A stretch of 64,000 nucleotides of DNA from a virus (lineage: Duplodnaviria > Caudoviricetes). Of the stretch, positions 46,629 through 56,428 are shown one piece after another (positions within the stretch are counted from its first letter, which is position 1; the number at the start of each line of letters is the position of its first letter). Under the pieces are notes generated by a model. The model was not told the DNA's origin. It made no database searches and saw only the letters and a list, made by a program, of their open reading frames with translations. A program made the position numbers and the translations under genes. Where the stretch lies: the IMG/VR virus record IMGVR_UViG_3300034374_009547, one strand, 5' to 3'.

Positions 46629-48851
46629 ATGAGAAATTTAAATACCGTAGCAGAACAATTATTTAATGAAATTAGAGGACGTTATTCAAGCGTGTCAATC
46701 GGCGATGCTGATGGTAACATTACCAATGAACCTAAGCAAGCAAGATTTTATGAATTTGATTTTAAATCAGGAATGCAGGATTTAGGAAAAGTAAGTGTAA
46801 CACTTGACGAAGAATCTGGTGTTACAATTATGTATAATAATAATTTTACAGAAAATGCACTAGTAAGTGAAAAACAAGATTGGTATAATTTTTTAAAAAA
46901 TATTAGAATGTTTGCAAAAAAACGTTTATTAAATTTCGAAGTAAGAGATATTAATAAATCAAATCTAACTAAACGTGATTATTCTTATCTAGCTAAAAAT
47001 CGTAGCGGAGATCAAACTATGGCTGAGTCTAAAATGTACGGCAGTAATAAAACAAGTTTTCAAAAAATTGGTAATGCAAAATTATCAATTAAACATACAA
47101 AACCTATGGAAGAAAGTGAAAGTAGAACAAAAAATATTGGTTCTATTTACATCGAAAATAACCAAGGTGAAAAATTTAAATATCCTTACAAACATCTTAG
47201 TGGTGCAAGAGCTTTAGCTATGCATGTTAGCGAAGGTGGCAATCCTTATGACGACTTTGGTAAACACATTACAGGTTTAAGTGAAGAACTATCTAATCTC
47301 CGCAAGTTCAAAACTTATATGGGCCGTAGCAGTGTAATGGCAGAAAGCCTTGCTGAACATATGGATATTGTTAATGAAAGAATTGCAACAATTAAAAAGT
47401 CTATACAAAATCTTCAAAAGGAATCTCATTACAAACAAGCATTTGAAGAATTTGTACCAATTGAAGACATAGAAGTACCAGAAGATATATCAGCTAATTG
47501 GATCGACCAATTAACCGTAAAACAATTTAATGAAGAATTAAAAGATGTATTTCCATACATTTACAATTTAGTTAGTGAAAATACAAAACCAGAAGAAATA
47601 ACTTTTGAAGACATTTTTTATGAAGCAAAAGATACAATGATAAAAACACAACCTGGTGAAGATTCTGTATCGCAAGTTGCACAAAGATTCAGAGTGCCTG
47701 CAGAAAAAATGAAAGATTTTATTCAAGACGTCATCGAAGTTAATGGGTTAGATAGTGACAAACTACAACCAGGAATAGATTTGGTTATACCAGCAGGTTA
47801 TATTCCTGGTAATGTATCATCGAGTCCAAGACCGCAAATGAGACCAACTAATAATACAAATATCGGCAGTACAGAAATAGCACCAAATGGTCAAGTTACA
47901 GGCAGCACAAGAGGCTTCAATACAGAGTCTGCAATTGATGCTGCATTTGATAAATTGTTAGGACAATTTGCAGATAATTTTAGTGCGCAAGTAGAAGGCG
48001 ATACAGATGAAGGCAACGCATACGCACATGCTGTAAGACAAGCAAAAATGAATGGCGCTAAAAAAGGCGACAAAATAGATCATCCAGATTCAGACGAAGA
48101 TGATATTGTAATTGAAAAAGACAAAACACCATTAGGCGAGTTTATACTAAGTTACTTTGATAGACAAACAGGCCAGTTTCCAAAAGGCGAAACAGCAGTA
48201 TTGACCAGTGTAGAAAAAGACTATGGCGATCAATACGTCAAACCAGCAAGTCAGTTCATAGAACGTCTAGGTCAAGTATACGAAAAATATCAACAGAAAA
48301 AACTAGGACAAGTTAATTTAGACGAAGCAGGTGCCGGAGACTTTGAATCTCAATTCAGACGTATTCAACAAAGAGGTGGCAACGTAGCAGTTAGTATACA
48401 TGGACTTCTTAAAGACTCTGGGTTAGATGCAGATCAAATTATGGGATTTGATCCTAATGTTCCGAGCAACCGTACTAAAGTTAACCAATTTCAACAAGGT
48501 AATCAAGAAGAAGTTTTACAAAAAGCACAGCAGGCATTGGGCAGCGCACAAGGCGGACAAGCACAGCCAGCAGCAGGTAGTGCGCAAGGCGGACAAGATT
48601 TAGGCAATGGCTTCCAAAAAATAAAACATCCACAATATGGTGATGCTATATTGGATACTCAAAGCGGAAGTGTTATTTTTGTAAATGCAGGAAAATTAAG
48701 ATCTCCAGGCAAATATGCAGTTTTACAAAGAAATGGAAAAATTCAAACGACAAACCAATTAGGACCGATGTCTACACAAGCAATGCAAGATGCAGGTTTA
48801 GGCGAGTCACAAAATTTAAACAGAATTCAAGAGTTAGCCGGTTTAAGATAA
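46629..48851 (+). CDS. Putative virion/core protein with an internal LysM-like domain
   Basis: QPGEDSVSQVAQRF...IEVNGLDSDKLQPGIDLVIP (LysM); ATG 7 nt after GATAAATA (46614-21). Confidence 0.65.
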   Translation: MRNLNTVAEQLFNEIRGRYSSVSIGDADGNITNEPKQARFYEFDFKSGMQDLGKVSVTLDEESGVTIMYNNNFTENALVSEKQDWYNFLKNIRMFAKKRLLNFEVRDINKSNLTKRDYSYLAKNRSGDQTMAESKMYGSNKTSFQKIGNAKLSIKHTKPMEESESRTKNIGSIYIENNQGEKFKYPYKHLSGARALAMHVSEGGNPYDDFGKHITGLSEELSNLRKFKTYMGRSSVMAESLAEHMDIVNERIATIKKSIQNLQKESHYKQAFEEFVPIEDIEVPEDISANWIDQLTVKQFNEELKDVFPYIYNLVSENTKPEEITFEDIFYEAKDTMIKTQPGEDSVSQVAQRFRVPAEKMKDFIQDVIEVNGLDSDKLQPGIDLVIPAGYIPGNVSSSPRPQMRPTNNTNIGSTEIAPNGQVTGSTRGFNTESAIDAAFDKLLGQFADNFSAQVEGDTDEGNAYAHAVRQAKMNGAKKGDKIDHPDSDEDDIVIEKDKTPLGEFILSYFDRQTGQFPKGETAVLTSVEKDYGDQYVKPASQFIERLGQVYEKYQQKKLGQVNLDEAGAGDFESQFRRIQQRGGNVAVSIHGLLKDSGLDADQIMGFDPNVPSNRTKVNQFQQGNQEEVLQKAQQALGSAQGGQAQPAAGSAQGGQDLGNGFQKIKHPQYGDAILDTQSGSVIFVNAGKLRSPGKYAVLQRNGKIQTTNQLGPMSTQAMQDAGLGESQNLNRIQELAGLR

Positions 48852-48887
48852 TCGGCTAACCATTTGAAAATATTGTCAAAAAAATAG

Positions 48888-48916
48888 TTGACAAGATAAA
48901 TAACATTGTGTAGTAT
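48888..48916 (+). promoter_or_regulatory. Sigma70-type promoter with nested late promoter
   Basis: TTGACA (48888-93), 17 nt containing GATAAATA (48895-902), TAGTAT (48911-16). Confidence 0.8.
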
Positions 48917-48975
48917 AGTAATTGTGCTGCACACTAAAGGCACATAGAACATAGGCAATATAAGGAGGCATAACT

Positions 48976-49965
48976 ATGGCATCATTAGCAGAAATTAGAG
49001 CAAAGCTCAAAGAACAAGAAAATCGTTCAAGCGGTGGCAACACAGGCGGCGATAACGCAATTTACCCATTTTGGAATATGAAAGAAGGCGATCAGGCAAC
49101 CCTGCGCTTCTTGCCTGACGGCGATGATTCAAACACTTTCTTTTGGAAAGAGCGTTTGATGATTAAACTTCCATTTGCTGGTGTAAAAGGCGAAACTGAC
49201 TCACGTCCAGTACAAGTACAAGTACCATGCATGGAAATGTATGGCGAATCTTGCCCAATCTTGCAAGAAGTACGTGGCTGGTTTAAAGATCCAAGTTTAG
49301 AAGATATGGGTCGTAAGTATTGGAAGAAACGTAGTTATATCTTCCAAGGTTTTGTTGTAGATGATCCATTGAAAGAAGATTCACAACCAGAAAATCCTAT
49401 TCGTAGATTTATTATTGGTCCGCAAATCTTCCAACTAATCAAAGCAGCACTAATGGACCCAGATATGGAAGAACTGCCAACAGATTATACTGCTGGTGTA
49501 GACTTCCGTCTTGCTAAAGGTTCAAAAGGTGGTTATGCAGATTACGGCGCAAGTAATTGGGCACGTAGAGAGCGTCCACTAGGTGATGCAGAGATGGCAG
49601 CAGTGAACACACACGGGTTGTTTAATCTAAATGATTTCCTTCCTAAAAAGCCAGGCGAAGTAGAACTTAAAGTTCTTACTGAAATGTTTGAAGCAAGTGT
49701 TGACGGTGAAGCATATGATGCAGAGCGTTGGAGTAATTACTTCCGTCCTGCAGGTATGGCAGCACGTACAGGTGATCCAAACACAGCACCTGCTCCGACA
49801 CCTGCTCCACAACCAGCAGCACCTGCACCTGCACCAGCAGCAGTTGAAGATGATATTCCTTTTAAATCAAATGAGGAAGTAGCAGCTGAAGCAGCACCAG
49901 CAGAAAACGCCGGCGGCGGCGCACAAGACATCCTAGCGATGATTCGTGCTCGTCAAGGACAATAA
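48976..49965 (+). CDS. gp32: Single-stranded DNA-binding protein (T4 gp32-like)
   Basis: ATLRFLP, CPILQE, YWKKRSY, IIGPQIF, GVDFRLAK; SD AAGGAGG. Confidence 0.9.
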   Translation: MASLAEIRAKLKEQENRSSGGNTGGDNAIYPFWNMKEGDQATLRFLPDGDDSNTFFWKERLMIKLPFAGVKGETDSRPVQVQVPCMEMYGESCPILQEVRGWFKDPSLEDMGRKYWKKRSYIFQGFVVDDPLKEDSQPENPIRRFIIGPQIFQLIKAALMDPDMEELPTDYTAGVDFRLAKGSKGGYADYGASNWARRERPLGDAEMAAVNTHGLFNLNDFLPKKPGEVELKVLTEMFEASVDGEAYDAERWSNYFRPAGMAARTGDPNTAPAPTPAPQPAAPAPAPAAVEDDIPFKSNEEVAAEAAPAENAGGGAQDILAMIRARQGQ

Positions 49966-49967
49966 TA

Positions 49968-49991
49968 GAAAGGGCTTCGGCCCTTTCCTTT
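49968..49991 (+). terminator. Terminator-like hairpin with C(UUCG)G loop
   Basis: GAAAGGGC-TTCG-GCCCTTTC followed by CTTTGCTTTTT. Confidence 0.8.
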
Positions 49992-50014
49992 GCTTTTTAG
50001 AATAGGAGATATGT

Positions 50015-51109
50015 ATGGCTACTAAAGCATTCGATCCTTCAAAGTTTCGAAACTCATTAACAAAATCTATTAAAGGTATGAGTGCAGGCTTTAATGATCC
50101 ACAAGATTGGATCAGCACAGGCAACTATGCACTTAACTATCTGCTAAGTGGTGATTTCCGCAAAGGTATTCCGCTAGGTAAAGTAAGCGTGTTTGCAGGC
50201 GAATCAGGCGCAGGCAAGTCTTACATTGTGTCTGGTAATATTGTAAAGTCAGCACAAGAGCAAGACATCTTTGTGGTGCTTATTGACTCAGAAAACGCAC
50301 TAGATCAAACATGGCTAGAAGCATTAGGTGTTGACTGCGATGACAGCAAACTACTAAAACTTAACATGGCAATGATTGACGATGTTGCTAAAACTATTAG
50401 CACATTTATGGATGATTATAAATCAATGAACGAAGAAGATCGTCCTAAAGTATTGTTTGTTGTTGACTCATTAGGTATGCTTATGTCACCAACTGAAGTA
50501 AATCAGTTTGAAGCAGGTGATATGAAGGGTGATATGGGTCGTAAGGCAAAAGCACTGAAGGCATTGGTTACTAACTGCGTAAATATGTTTGGTAGTTACA
50601 ATGTTGGTATGTGTGTTACTAACCACACTTATGCATCGCAGGATATGTTTGATCCAGATGATAAGATTTCAGGTGGTAGTGGCTTTGTGTATGCAAGTTC
50701 AATGGTTGTAGCAATGAAAAAGCTGAAACTAAAAGAAGATGCAGACGGCAACAAAACATCACAAGTACACGGTATTAGAGCAGCGTGTAAGGTTATGAAA
50801 ACACGTTACGCTAAACCGTTTGAAGCAGTACAAGTGAAGATTCCTTATGAAACAGGAATGGATCCATATTCAGGCATGTTTGATTTGCTTGAAGCAAAAG
50901 GACTGCTTGAAAAACAAGGTAATCGCTACAAGTATGTTGATAGCGAAGGAAATGAAACACTAGAATATCGTAAAAACTGGACAGGTGAACTACTCGAAAT
51001 GATTATGGCCGATTTACCGGCAAAAGAAGCACAAATGGTAAATATCGCTAACGCAACCGACGAAGAAGTTGTGATTGATCATAACGAGGAGTTAGCTGAG
51101 AATGAATGA
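50015..51109 (+). CDS. uvsX: RecA-like recombinase UvsX
   Basis: FAGESGAGKS (Walker A), IDSENA, VVDSLGM, GDMGRKAK, NHTY, SGGSGFVYASS. Confidence 0.95.
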   Translation: MATKAFDPSKFRNSLTKSIKGMSAGFNDPQDWISTGNYALNYLLSGDFRKGIPLGKVSVFAGESGAGKSYIVSGNIVKSAQEQDIFVVLIDSENALDQTWLEALGVDCDDSKLLKLNMAMIDDVAKTISTFMDDYKSMNEEDRPKVLFVVDSLGMLMSPTEVNQFEAGDMKGDMGRKAKALKALVTNCVNMFGSYNVGMCVTNHTYASQDMFDPDDKISGGSGFVYASSMVVAMKKLKLKEDADGNKTSQVHGIRAACKVMKTRYAKPFEAVQVKIPYETGMDPYSGMFDLLEAKGLLEKQGNRYKYVDSEGNETLEYRKNWTGELLEMIMADLPAKEAQMVNIANATDEEVVIDHNEELAENE

Positions 51110-51326
51110 AGAATTTGTTTCTGATCTATGGAACTTGTTTAAAGAATATTTGGATAAAAAGCATATTGAATTAGCAGCAGAAAGATATGTAGATACTCTT
51201 ATTGATTACGGAGTTTCGGATATTCAGTTGCAAGAAATGTTAGGCGGTGATAAAACACTTGATGCTGCAATTCAATATTACTTAGAGTTAGACGACGATA
51301 ACGATGACGACGATTGGGATGAATAA
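51102..51326 (+). CDS. Small acidic hypothetical protein
   Basis: 74-aa ORF coupled to uvsX and uvsY. Confidence 0.7.
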   Translation: MNEEFVSDLWNLFKEYLDKKHIELAAERYVDTLIDYGVSDIQLQEMLGGDKTLDAAIQYYLELDDDNDDDDWDE

Positions 51327-51781
51327 TGGGTTGGTACAGCCAAGTAAGCAGAGATATATCACAAATTCCTTCTGCTATACAATACTTTGAAACTGAACTA
51401 GTTCAAGCAAAACAAGAATGTAAGTTACACGGTAATGTTGAAAAACAAGCATCAATGATGCCAGGTATTGTCGAGCATAGATTTAATCAGTTACAAGAAA
51501 TTGAAGCCATATTAGAATTCTTAAACATTGAACTGCGTAAACTACGCAGTTCTTTTTTCAAAAAATATCTTGAAAATTATCAAAGAGCATTATCAAGCCG
51601 AGATGTAGAAAAGTATGTTGATGGCGAACAAGATGTATGTGATTATGAAAAAATTATAAACGAATTTGCACTTATGCGTAACAAATGGTTAGGTGTGTTA
51701 AAAGCACTAGATCAGAAACAATGGCAGATAACTAATATTGTAAAACTAAGAGTAGCAGGTATGGAAGATGCAAGTTTATAA
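51326..51781 (+). CDS. uvsY: Recombination mediator UvsY-like
   Basis: LSSRDVEKYVDGE...KALDQKQWQITNIVKLR; follows uvsX. Confidence 0.8.
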   Translation: MGWYSQVSRDISQIPSAIQYFETELVQAKQECKLHGNVEKQASMMPGIVEHRFNQLQEIEAILEFLNIELRKLRSSFFKKYLENYQRALSSRDVEKYVDGEQDVCDYEKIINEFALMRNKWLGVLKALDQKQWQITNIVKLRVAGMEDASL

Positions 51782-51784
51782 ATA
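51777..51784 (+). promoter_or_regulatory. Consensus T4 late promoter TATAAATA
   Basis: Overlaps the uvsY stop and precedes the sugar-modification island. Confidence 0.75.
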
Positions 51785-51806
51785 ACTTACGGAGTATAAA
51801 ATATAT

Positions 51807-52748
51807 ATGGGAAAATATCGTGTTTCTGGGGTACTTAATCCAACAGAAAGTATTAAAGCAAGTAACATTACTAAATGGCACAAAGGTGATAGAGTTGACT
51901 ATTGGCCAAAAGATATGATGGCTGAAAATAATGTTAACGGAGTGTTAAATGAATTGTTTTCTGCATACGGACCTCCAAAACCTATTTTTAGACCACAAGA
52001 TAAAGTTTTGACTATGGGAAGTTGCTTTGCATTACGCATTAGAGAATGGATGGAAAAGAACGGAAGAGGCACAGAAGCACTTTTTATTCCAGAAGGATTA
52101 AACAATAGTTTTGCAGTAAGACAATTTATAGAATGGGCATTAACAGGTAATCGTAGTCACGATGCTTATTGGTATGATGAATTAGCAGACGGTGTAGGTA
52201 AATGGGAATCTCCTGAAGAGCAAGAACAAATAAAAAAACATTTTATCAATCACAACGGATTTGTTATTACTTTTGGTTTAGCAGAAGTTTGGAAAGACAA
52301 AGAAACCGGAGGCGTATTTTGGAGAGGTGTGCCTAATGATATGTTTGATCCCAACAAACACGAATCTGTTGTTAGTACCGTAGAAGAAAATATTGCAAAT
52401 ATAAAAACAATTGTTGAGTTGTTAAGAAAATACTGCGGCAATAAACCTATTATTATTACACTAAGTCCTGTACCACTTAATGCTACATTTCAAGAAAGAC
52501 CATGTGTAGTTAGTGATTGTGTAAGCAAAAGTATATTACGTGTTTCAATAGACGAAGCATTAAGAAACATTAATGATAAAAATGTATATTACTGGCCTAG
52601 TTTTGAATATGTTAAATGGATTCCTAGCCATATGCCAATTGTAACATTTGGTGGCAAAAAAGGAAAGAAAATTACTGATAGTAGACATGTAGCAGAGACT
52701 GCTGTATCAAACATTATTAGTAATTTTGCTAAAAAGTTTTTTATATAA
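51807..52748 (+). CDS. GSCFA-domain protein (SGNH-hydrolase-like)
   Basis: TMGSCFA, ITFGLAEVW, ITLSPVPL, SKSILR, YWPSFE. Confidence 0.85.
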   Translation: MGKYRVSGVLNPTESIKASNITKWHKGDRVDYWPKDMMAENNVNGVLNELFSAYGPPKPIFRPQDKVLTMGSCFALRIREWMEKNGRGTEALFIPEGLNNSFAVRQFIEWALTGNRSHDAYWYDELADGVGKWESPEEQEQIKKHFINHNGFVITFGLAEVWKDKETGGVFWRGVPNDMFDPNKHESVVSTVEENIANIKTIVELLRKYCGNKPIIITLSPVPLNATFQERPCVVSDCVSKSILRVSIDEALRNINDKNVYYWPSFEYVKWIPSHMPIVTFGGKKGKKITDSRHVAETAVSNIISNFAKKFFI

Positions 52749-52758
52749 GGTGTAAGAA

Positions 52759-53421
52759 ATGGATACTGATCTCCTTTATGGTTGGCATGTATTACAAGGT
52801 GATAGTACTCTAGAGAGAGCTTTTAATAAATCTAAAATTTCAACTATTTTAGATTATCAAAAAGATCAATTAGATACAGCAATATCTTTTTGTAAAAACT
52901 TTAGACATACTATTGACATTGGAGCCAATTATGGACTAATGTCGGCTAATATGTCTAATATATTTAAAAAAGTTTCTGCATTTGAAATAGTTCCTGAAAT
53001 TAATGCTTGCTTTAAAATGAATGCAAAAAAATTTAATTTACAAAATGTAGAAATATATGACTGCGGATTAGGCGACAAAAAAGAAAAAGTTTCTATAAAT
53101 TTTAATCCTAAAAGTACCTTTTCAACTCATATTAGTACAAATCAAGAAAATACTACCAAGGTAAAAATTTCTACATTAGATTCATTTAATTTTACAAATG
53201 TAGATTTTATTAAAATTGATGCAGAAGGGTTTGAACCTTTTATTATCAAAGGTGGTTTAAAAACAATTTTAAAATATAAACCTGTAATTCTTTATGAAAG
53301 AAAAGGACATGAAAAAAGATATGGATTTCAAAAAAATTCAGTACTAGATATTTTATCTCGCCATGGATATACAGAGTTAGCTAATATAGGAAGCAAAAAT
53401 GCTTTGATAGGTGTGAAATGA
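52759..53421 (+). CDS. FkbM-family methyltransferase
   Basis: IDIGANYG, AFEIVP, TLDSFNFTNVDFIKIDAEGFE. Confidence 0.9.
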   Translation: MDTDLLYGWHVLQGDSTLERAFNKSKISTILDYQKDQLDTAISFCKNFRHTIDIGANYGLMSANMSNIFKKVSAFEIVPEINACFKMNAKKFNLQNVEIYDCGLGDKKEKVSINFNPKSTFSTHISTNQENTTKVKISTLDSFNFTNVDFIKIDAEGFEPFIIKGGLKTILKYKPVILYERKGHEKRYGFQKNSVLDILSRHGYTELANIGSKNALIGVK

Positions 53422-54038
53422 AAAAAGTATTTGAATACTGGATGCCAGATACAGATGAACACTTTGAAAGATTAATTGCAAAAAGAGTTAAAAATGGTGG
53501 CCCGCCGCAGTATCAAGATGATGTAAGAGATGAAGCATACAAGTATGTAAGTGACTTTAACATTGCAGTTGACATAGGTGCTAATGTTGGTCTGTGGTCT
53601 AAACCTCTTACAGAAAAGTTTAACCAAGTAATAGCTTACGAACCTCTTGAGCAAGTATATTCGTGCTTAGAAAGAAATGTAAGTGGACTGCCTGTACAAA
53701 TTCATAAACACGCATTAGGCAGTGTTAATGATGTAGTTGAAATGGTATTTGACGAAGAAAACACAGGCGGCAGTTTTGTTAGTGAAATTGGCACCGGTAG
53801 TATTCAAATTAAAAGATTAGATGATTTAAATTTACCAAAGTTTGGATTATTAAAAATTGATTGTGAAAGACATGAATTAGAAGTGTTAAAAGGCGCAATG
53901 GATACTATCCTTAGATACAAACCAATTATAGTATGTGAACAGCAAGCTGACACAGATCAATGTGCAGGTATGTATTTGAAATCTTTTGGCGCCAGAGAAA
54001 TAACAAACGTAAGGAAAGACTATATCTTTGGATGGTAA
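53418..54038 (+). CDS. FkbM-family methyltransferase (second copy)
   Basis: VDIGANVG, AYEP, RLDDLNLPKFGLLKIDCERHE. Confidence 0.9.
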   Translation: MKKVFEYWMPDTDEHFERLIAKRVKNGGPPQYQDDVRDEAYKYVSDFNIAVDIGANVGLWSKPLTEKFNQVIAYEPLEQVYSCLERNVSGLPVQIHKHALGSVNDVVEMVFDEENTGGSFVSEIGTGSIQIKRLDDLNLPKFGLLKIDCERHELEVLKGAMDTILRYKPIIVCEQQADTDQCAGMYLKSFGAREITNVRKDYIFGW

Positions 54039-54897
54039 AATTTTATTAACTGGTTCACACGGATTTATTGGCAGTCATTACTACAAACATTTACAAAAAC
54101 AAAATGCATATGTAGTACCTTACGATAAAAAAATCCGCGGTGAAGATTTATCAGATAAAAATACTACACAATTATTACCTGACTATGATATTGTAGTACA
54201 CCTTGCTGCAACTAATGGCACTAAATTATTTTATGAACAGCCAACTGATGTACTAATAAATAATACACTACCAACAATAAATTTAATTGAACGTTATAAA
54301 AATACCAATACTAAATTTGTTTTTGCTAGTACTTGTGAAATATTTAATGGAGCAATTGATGCAGGTTATTACCATGTGCCAACTGATGAGCAAGTACCGG
54401 TTGTGTTTAACGACATTACGAATCCAAGATGGAGTTATAGCATTCCGAAAGCTCTAGGTGAAAACCTAGTAGCAAACAGCGGATTAGATTATTTAATTAT
54501 TAGATATTTTAATGTTTATGGTCCAGGACAAGTAGATCATTTCGTCAACGAATTTGTAGAACGCTGTAAACGTGGCGAGTATTATATTAAAGGCGATGAT
54601 ACTAGAAGTTTTTGTTATATAGATGATGCAGTGCAAATGACTGACATTCTTATCAAAAAATCTTGTAGTAACATAGTGCATGTTGGAAATGACAACGAAG
54701 TAAAGATAAGCGTAGTAGCAAAACTTATTATGGGCTTTATGGGTATAAATCCTGACAAGTTACAAATACTACCAGGTCCAGAAGGCAGTGCAAAACGTAG
54801 ATGTCCTGATACAACACTAGTACAAATGCTAACAGGATTTACTAATTATACTCCTTTAGACGTTGGACTTAAAAAAACAATAGAAAGTTTATTATGA
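54028..54897 (+). CDS. NAD-dependent nucleotide-sugar epimerase/dehydratase (extended SDR; UDP-glucuronate decarboxylase/epimerase-like)
   Basis: TGSHGFIG, HLAA, FASTCE, YSIPK (YxxxK), RYFNVYGP, RSFCYIDD, RRCPD. Confidence 0.85.
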   Translation: MDGKILLTGSHGFIGSHYYKHLQKQNAYVVPYDKKIRGEDLSDKNTTQLLPDYDIVVHLAATNGTKLFYEQPTDVLINNTLPTINLIERYKNTNTKFVFASTCEIFNGAIDAGYYHVPTDEQVPVVFNDITNPRWSYSIPKALGENLVANSGLDYLIIRYFNVYGPGQVDHFVNEFVERCKRGEYYIKGDDTRSFCYIDDAVQMTDILIKKSCSNIVHVGNDNEVKISVVAKLIMGFMGINPDKLQILPGPEGSAKRRCPDTTLVQMLTGFTNYTPLDVGLKKTIESLL

Positions 54898-55637
54898 TTA
54901 TAGGTGTAGTAGGTATAGGTGTTGTTGGAAAAGCAAATGTTAACGGCTTTAAAAGGTTAGGACACACCGTACTTGAGCACGATGTCAAATATAATACAGC
55001 TTTAAGAGATGTGTTGACTGCAGAAATTATTTTTATTTGCACTCCTGAAGACCAAGTTAATAATGTTGTAAAAGATATTAGCCTGTATGATTATAAAGGA
55101 GTAGTAGCAATTCGAAGCACAACTACTCCGGGTACTACAGATGAACTAATAAAAAAACATAACATAGATATTTGTTTTGTACCTGAATTTCTTAGACAAA
55201 ATTATGCTGACAAAGATTTTGAACAATGTGATTTATTAGCTATTGGTACAAATAATTTAAAAATAGGACGTAAAGTAAGAAACGCTTTTGGTAAGTTACC
55301 TAAAAATGTAGATTATATGATGCCAGCAGAAGCAGAAATATTGAAATTATATAATAACTCTTATGCAGCACTTAGAGTTGTGTTTGCTAATATTATGTAC
55401 GATATTGCCAACAAATATGATGCAGATTATAGTGTTATAAAAAATGCGTATAAAAAAACAAATAAAACAAGTGGAAATTATTTAGATGTAAATAAAAATT
55501 TACGTGGTTATAGCGGTGCCTGTTTACCTAAAGACACTTTAGCTCTTTCTAAATTAATTAATGATCTTAAATTAGATTACACACTTGTACAATCGATTCA
55601 TAACGATAATTTAAAATTACCAAAAAATAAAACTTAG
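54894..55637 (+). CDS. UDP-glucose/GDP-mannose dehydrogenase family protein, short form
   Basis: GIGVVG, IRSTTTPGTT, PEFLR, AEILKLYNNSY, GYSGACLPKD; ends at 247 aa. Confidence 0.85.
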   Translation: MIIGVVGIGVVGKANVNGFKRLGHTVLEHDVKYNTALRDVLTAEIIFICTPEDQVNNVVKDISLYDYKGVVAIRSTTTPGTTDELIKKHNIDICFVPEFLRQNYADKDFEQCDLLAIGTNNLKIGRKVRNAFGKLPKNVDYMMPAEAEILKLYNNSYAALRVVFANIMYDIANKYDADYSVIKNAYKKTNKTSGNYLDVNKNLRGYSGACLPKDTLALSKLINDLKLDYTLVQSIHNDNLKLPKNKT

Positions 55638-55660
55638 TAAAGTACGCATATAAATACTAC

Positions 55661-56428
55661 ATGAAAGTAGTACTAGTTACAGGTGGATTTGATCCTCTAC
55701 ATTCCGGGCACATTGCCTATTTTAAAGCAGCACGAGAACTTGGAGATCACTTAGTAGTTGGTCTTAATTCTGATGCTTGGCTTACACGCAAAAAGGGTCG
55801 TCCGTTTATGTCAATTGATGAACGGGCTGCCATTGTTAAAGAACTAGAATGTGTAGATGAAGTTATAGCATTTGACGATAACGACAACACAGCATGTCTT
55901 GCTATAGGGCAAGTTTTATCTACAAAGGCAAGTAGTTGGAAACTTATCTTTGCTAATGGCGGTGATAGAACAAATAAAACAACACCAGAATTTGAAACTT
56001 GGGGCAATCATCCTGATGTTGAATTTGCCTGGGGTGTTGGCGGTAAAGATAAGAAAAACTCAAGCAGTTGGATACTCAAAGATTGGAGTCAACCTACAAC
56101 AGAACGTGCTTGGGGCAAATACACTATATTAGATAAAGGTGAAGGTTGGCAAGTTAAACAACTTGAGTTTGCAGCAGGTAAAGCACTTAGTGATCAACGA
56201 CACTTTAAACGCAGCGAACACTGGCACGTTGTTAATGGCGTTATCAATATGTTCCTTGAAGATAAAATAGGAAGAAGAACTAGCACACTATTAACGCCAG
56301 GTGATAGTATTGACATTCCAATAGGCTATTGGCATAAGGCTGTAAATTTAGATAACAAAGCAGCAAAAGTTATAGAAGTCTGGATGGGTAAAGAATTAAG
56401 TGAAGAAGATATAGAAAGAAGAGATTAA
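55661..56428 (+). CDS. Cytidylyltransferase-like (RfaE/TagD-type) fused to a cupin (mannose-6-P isomerase type II C-terminal-like)
   Basis: TGGFDPLHSGH (HxGH), FANGGDR, GVGGKDKKNSSS; then ERAWGKY, LSDQRHFKRSEHW, IPIGYWH; ATG 4 nt after TATAAATA (55649-56). Confidence 0.9.
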   Translation: MKVVLVTGGFDPLHSGHIAYFKAARELGDHLVVGLNSDAWLTRKKGRPFMSIDERAAIVKELECVDEVIAFDDNDNTACLAIGQVLSTKASSWKLIFANGGDRTNKTTPEFETWGNHPDVEFAWGVGGKDKKNSSSWILKDWSQPTTERAWGKYTILDKGEGWQVKQLEFAAGKALSDQRHFKRSEHWHVVNGVINMFLEDKIGRRTSTLLTPGDSIDIPIGYWHKAVNLDNKAAKVIEVWMGKELSEEDIERRD

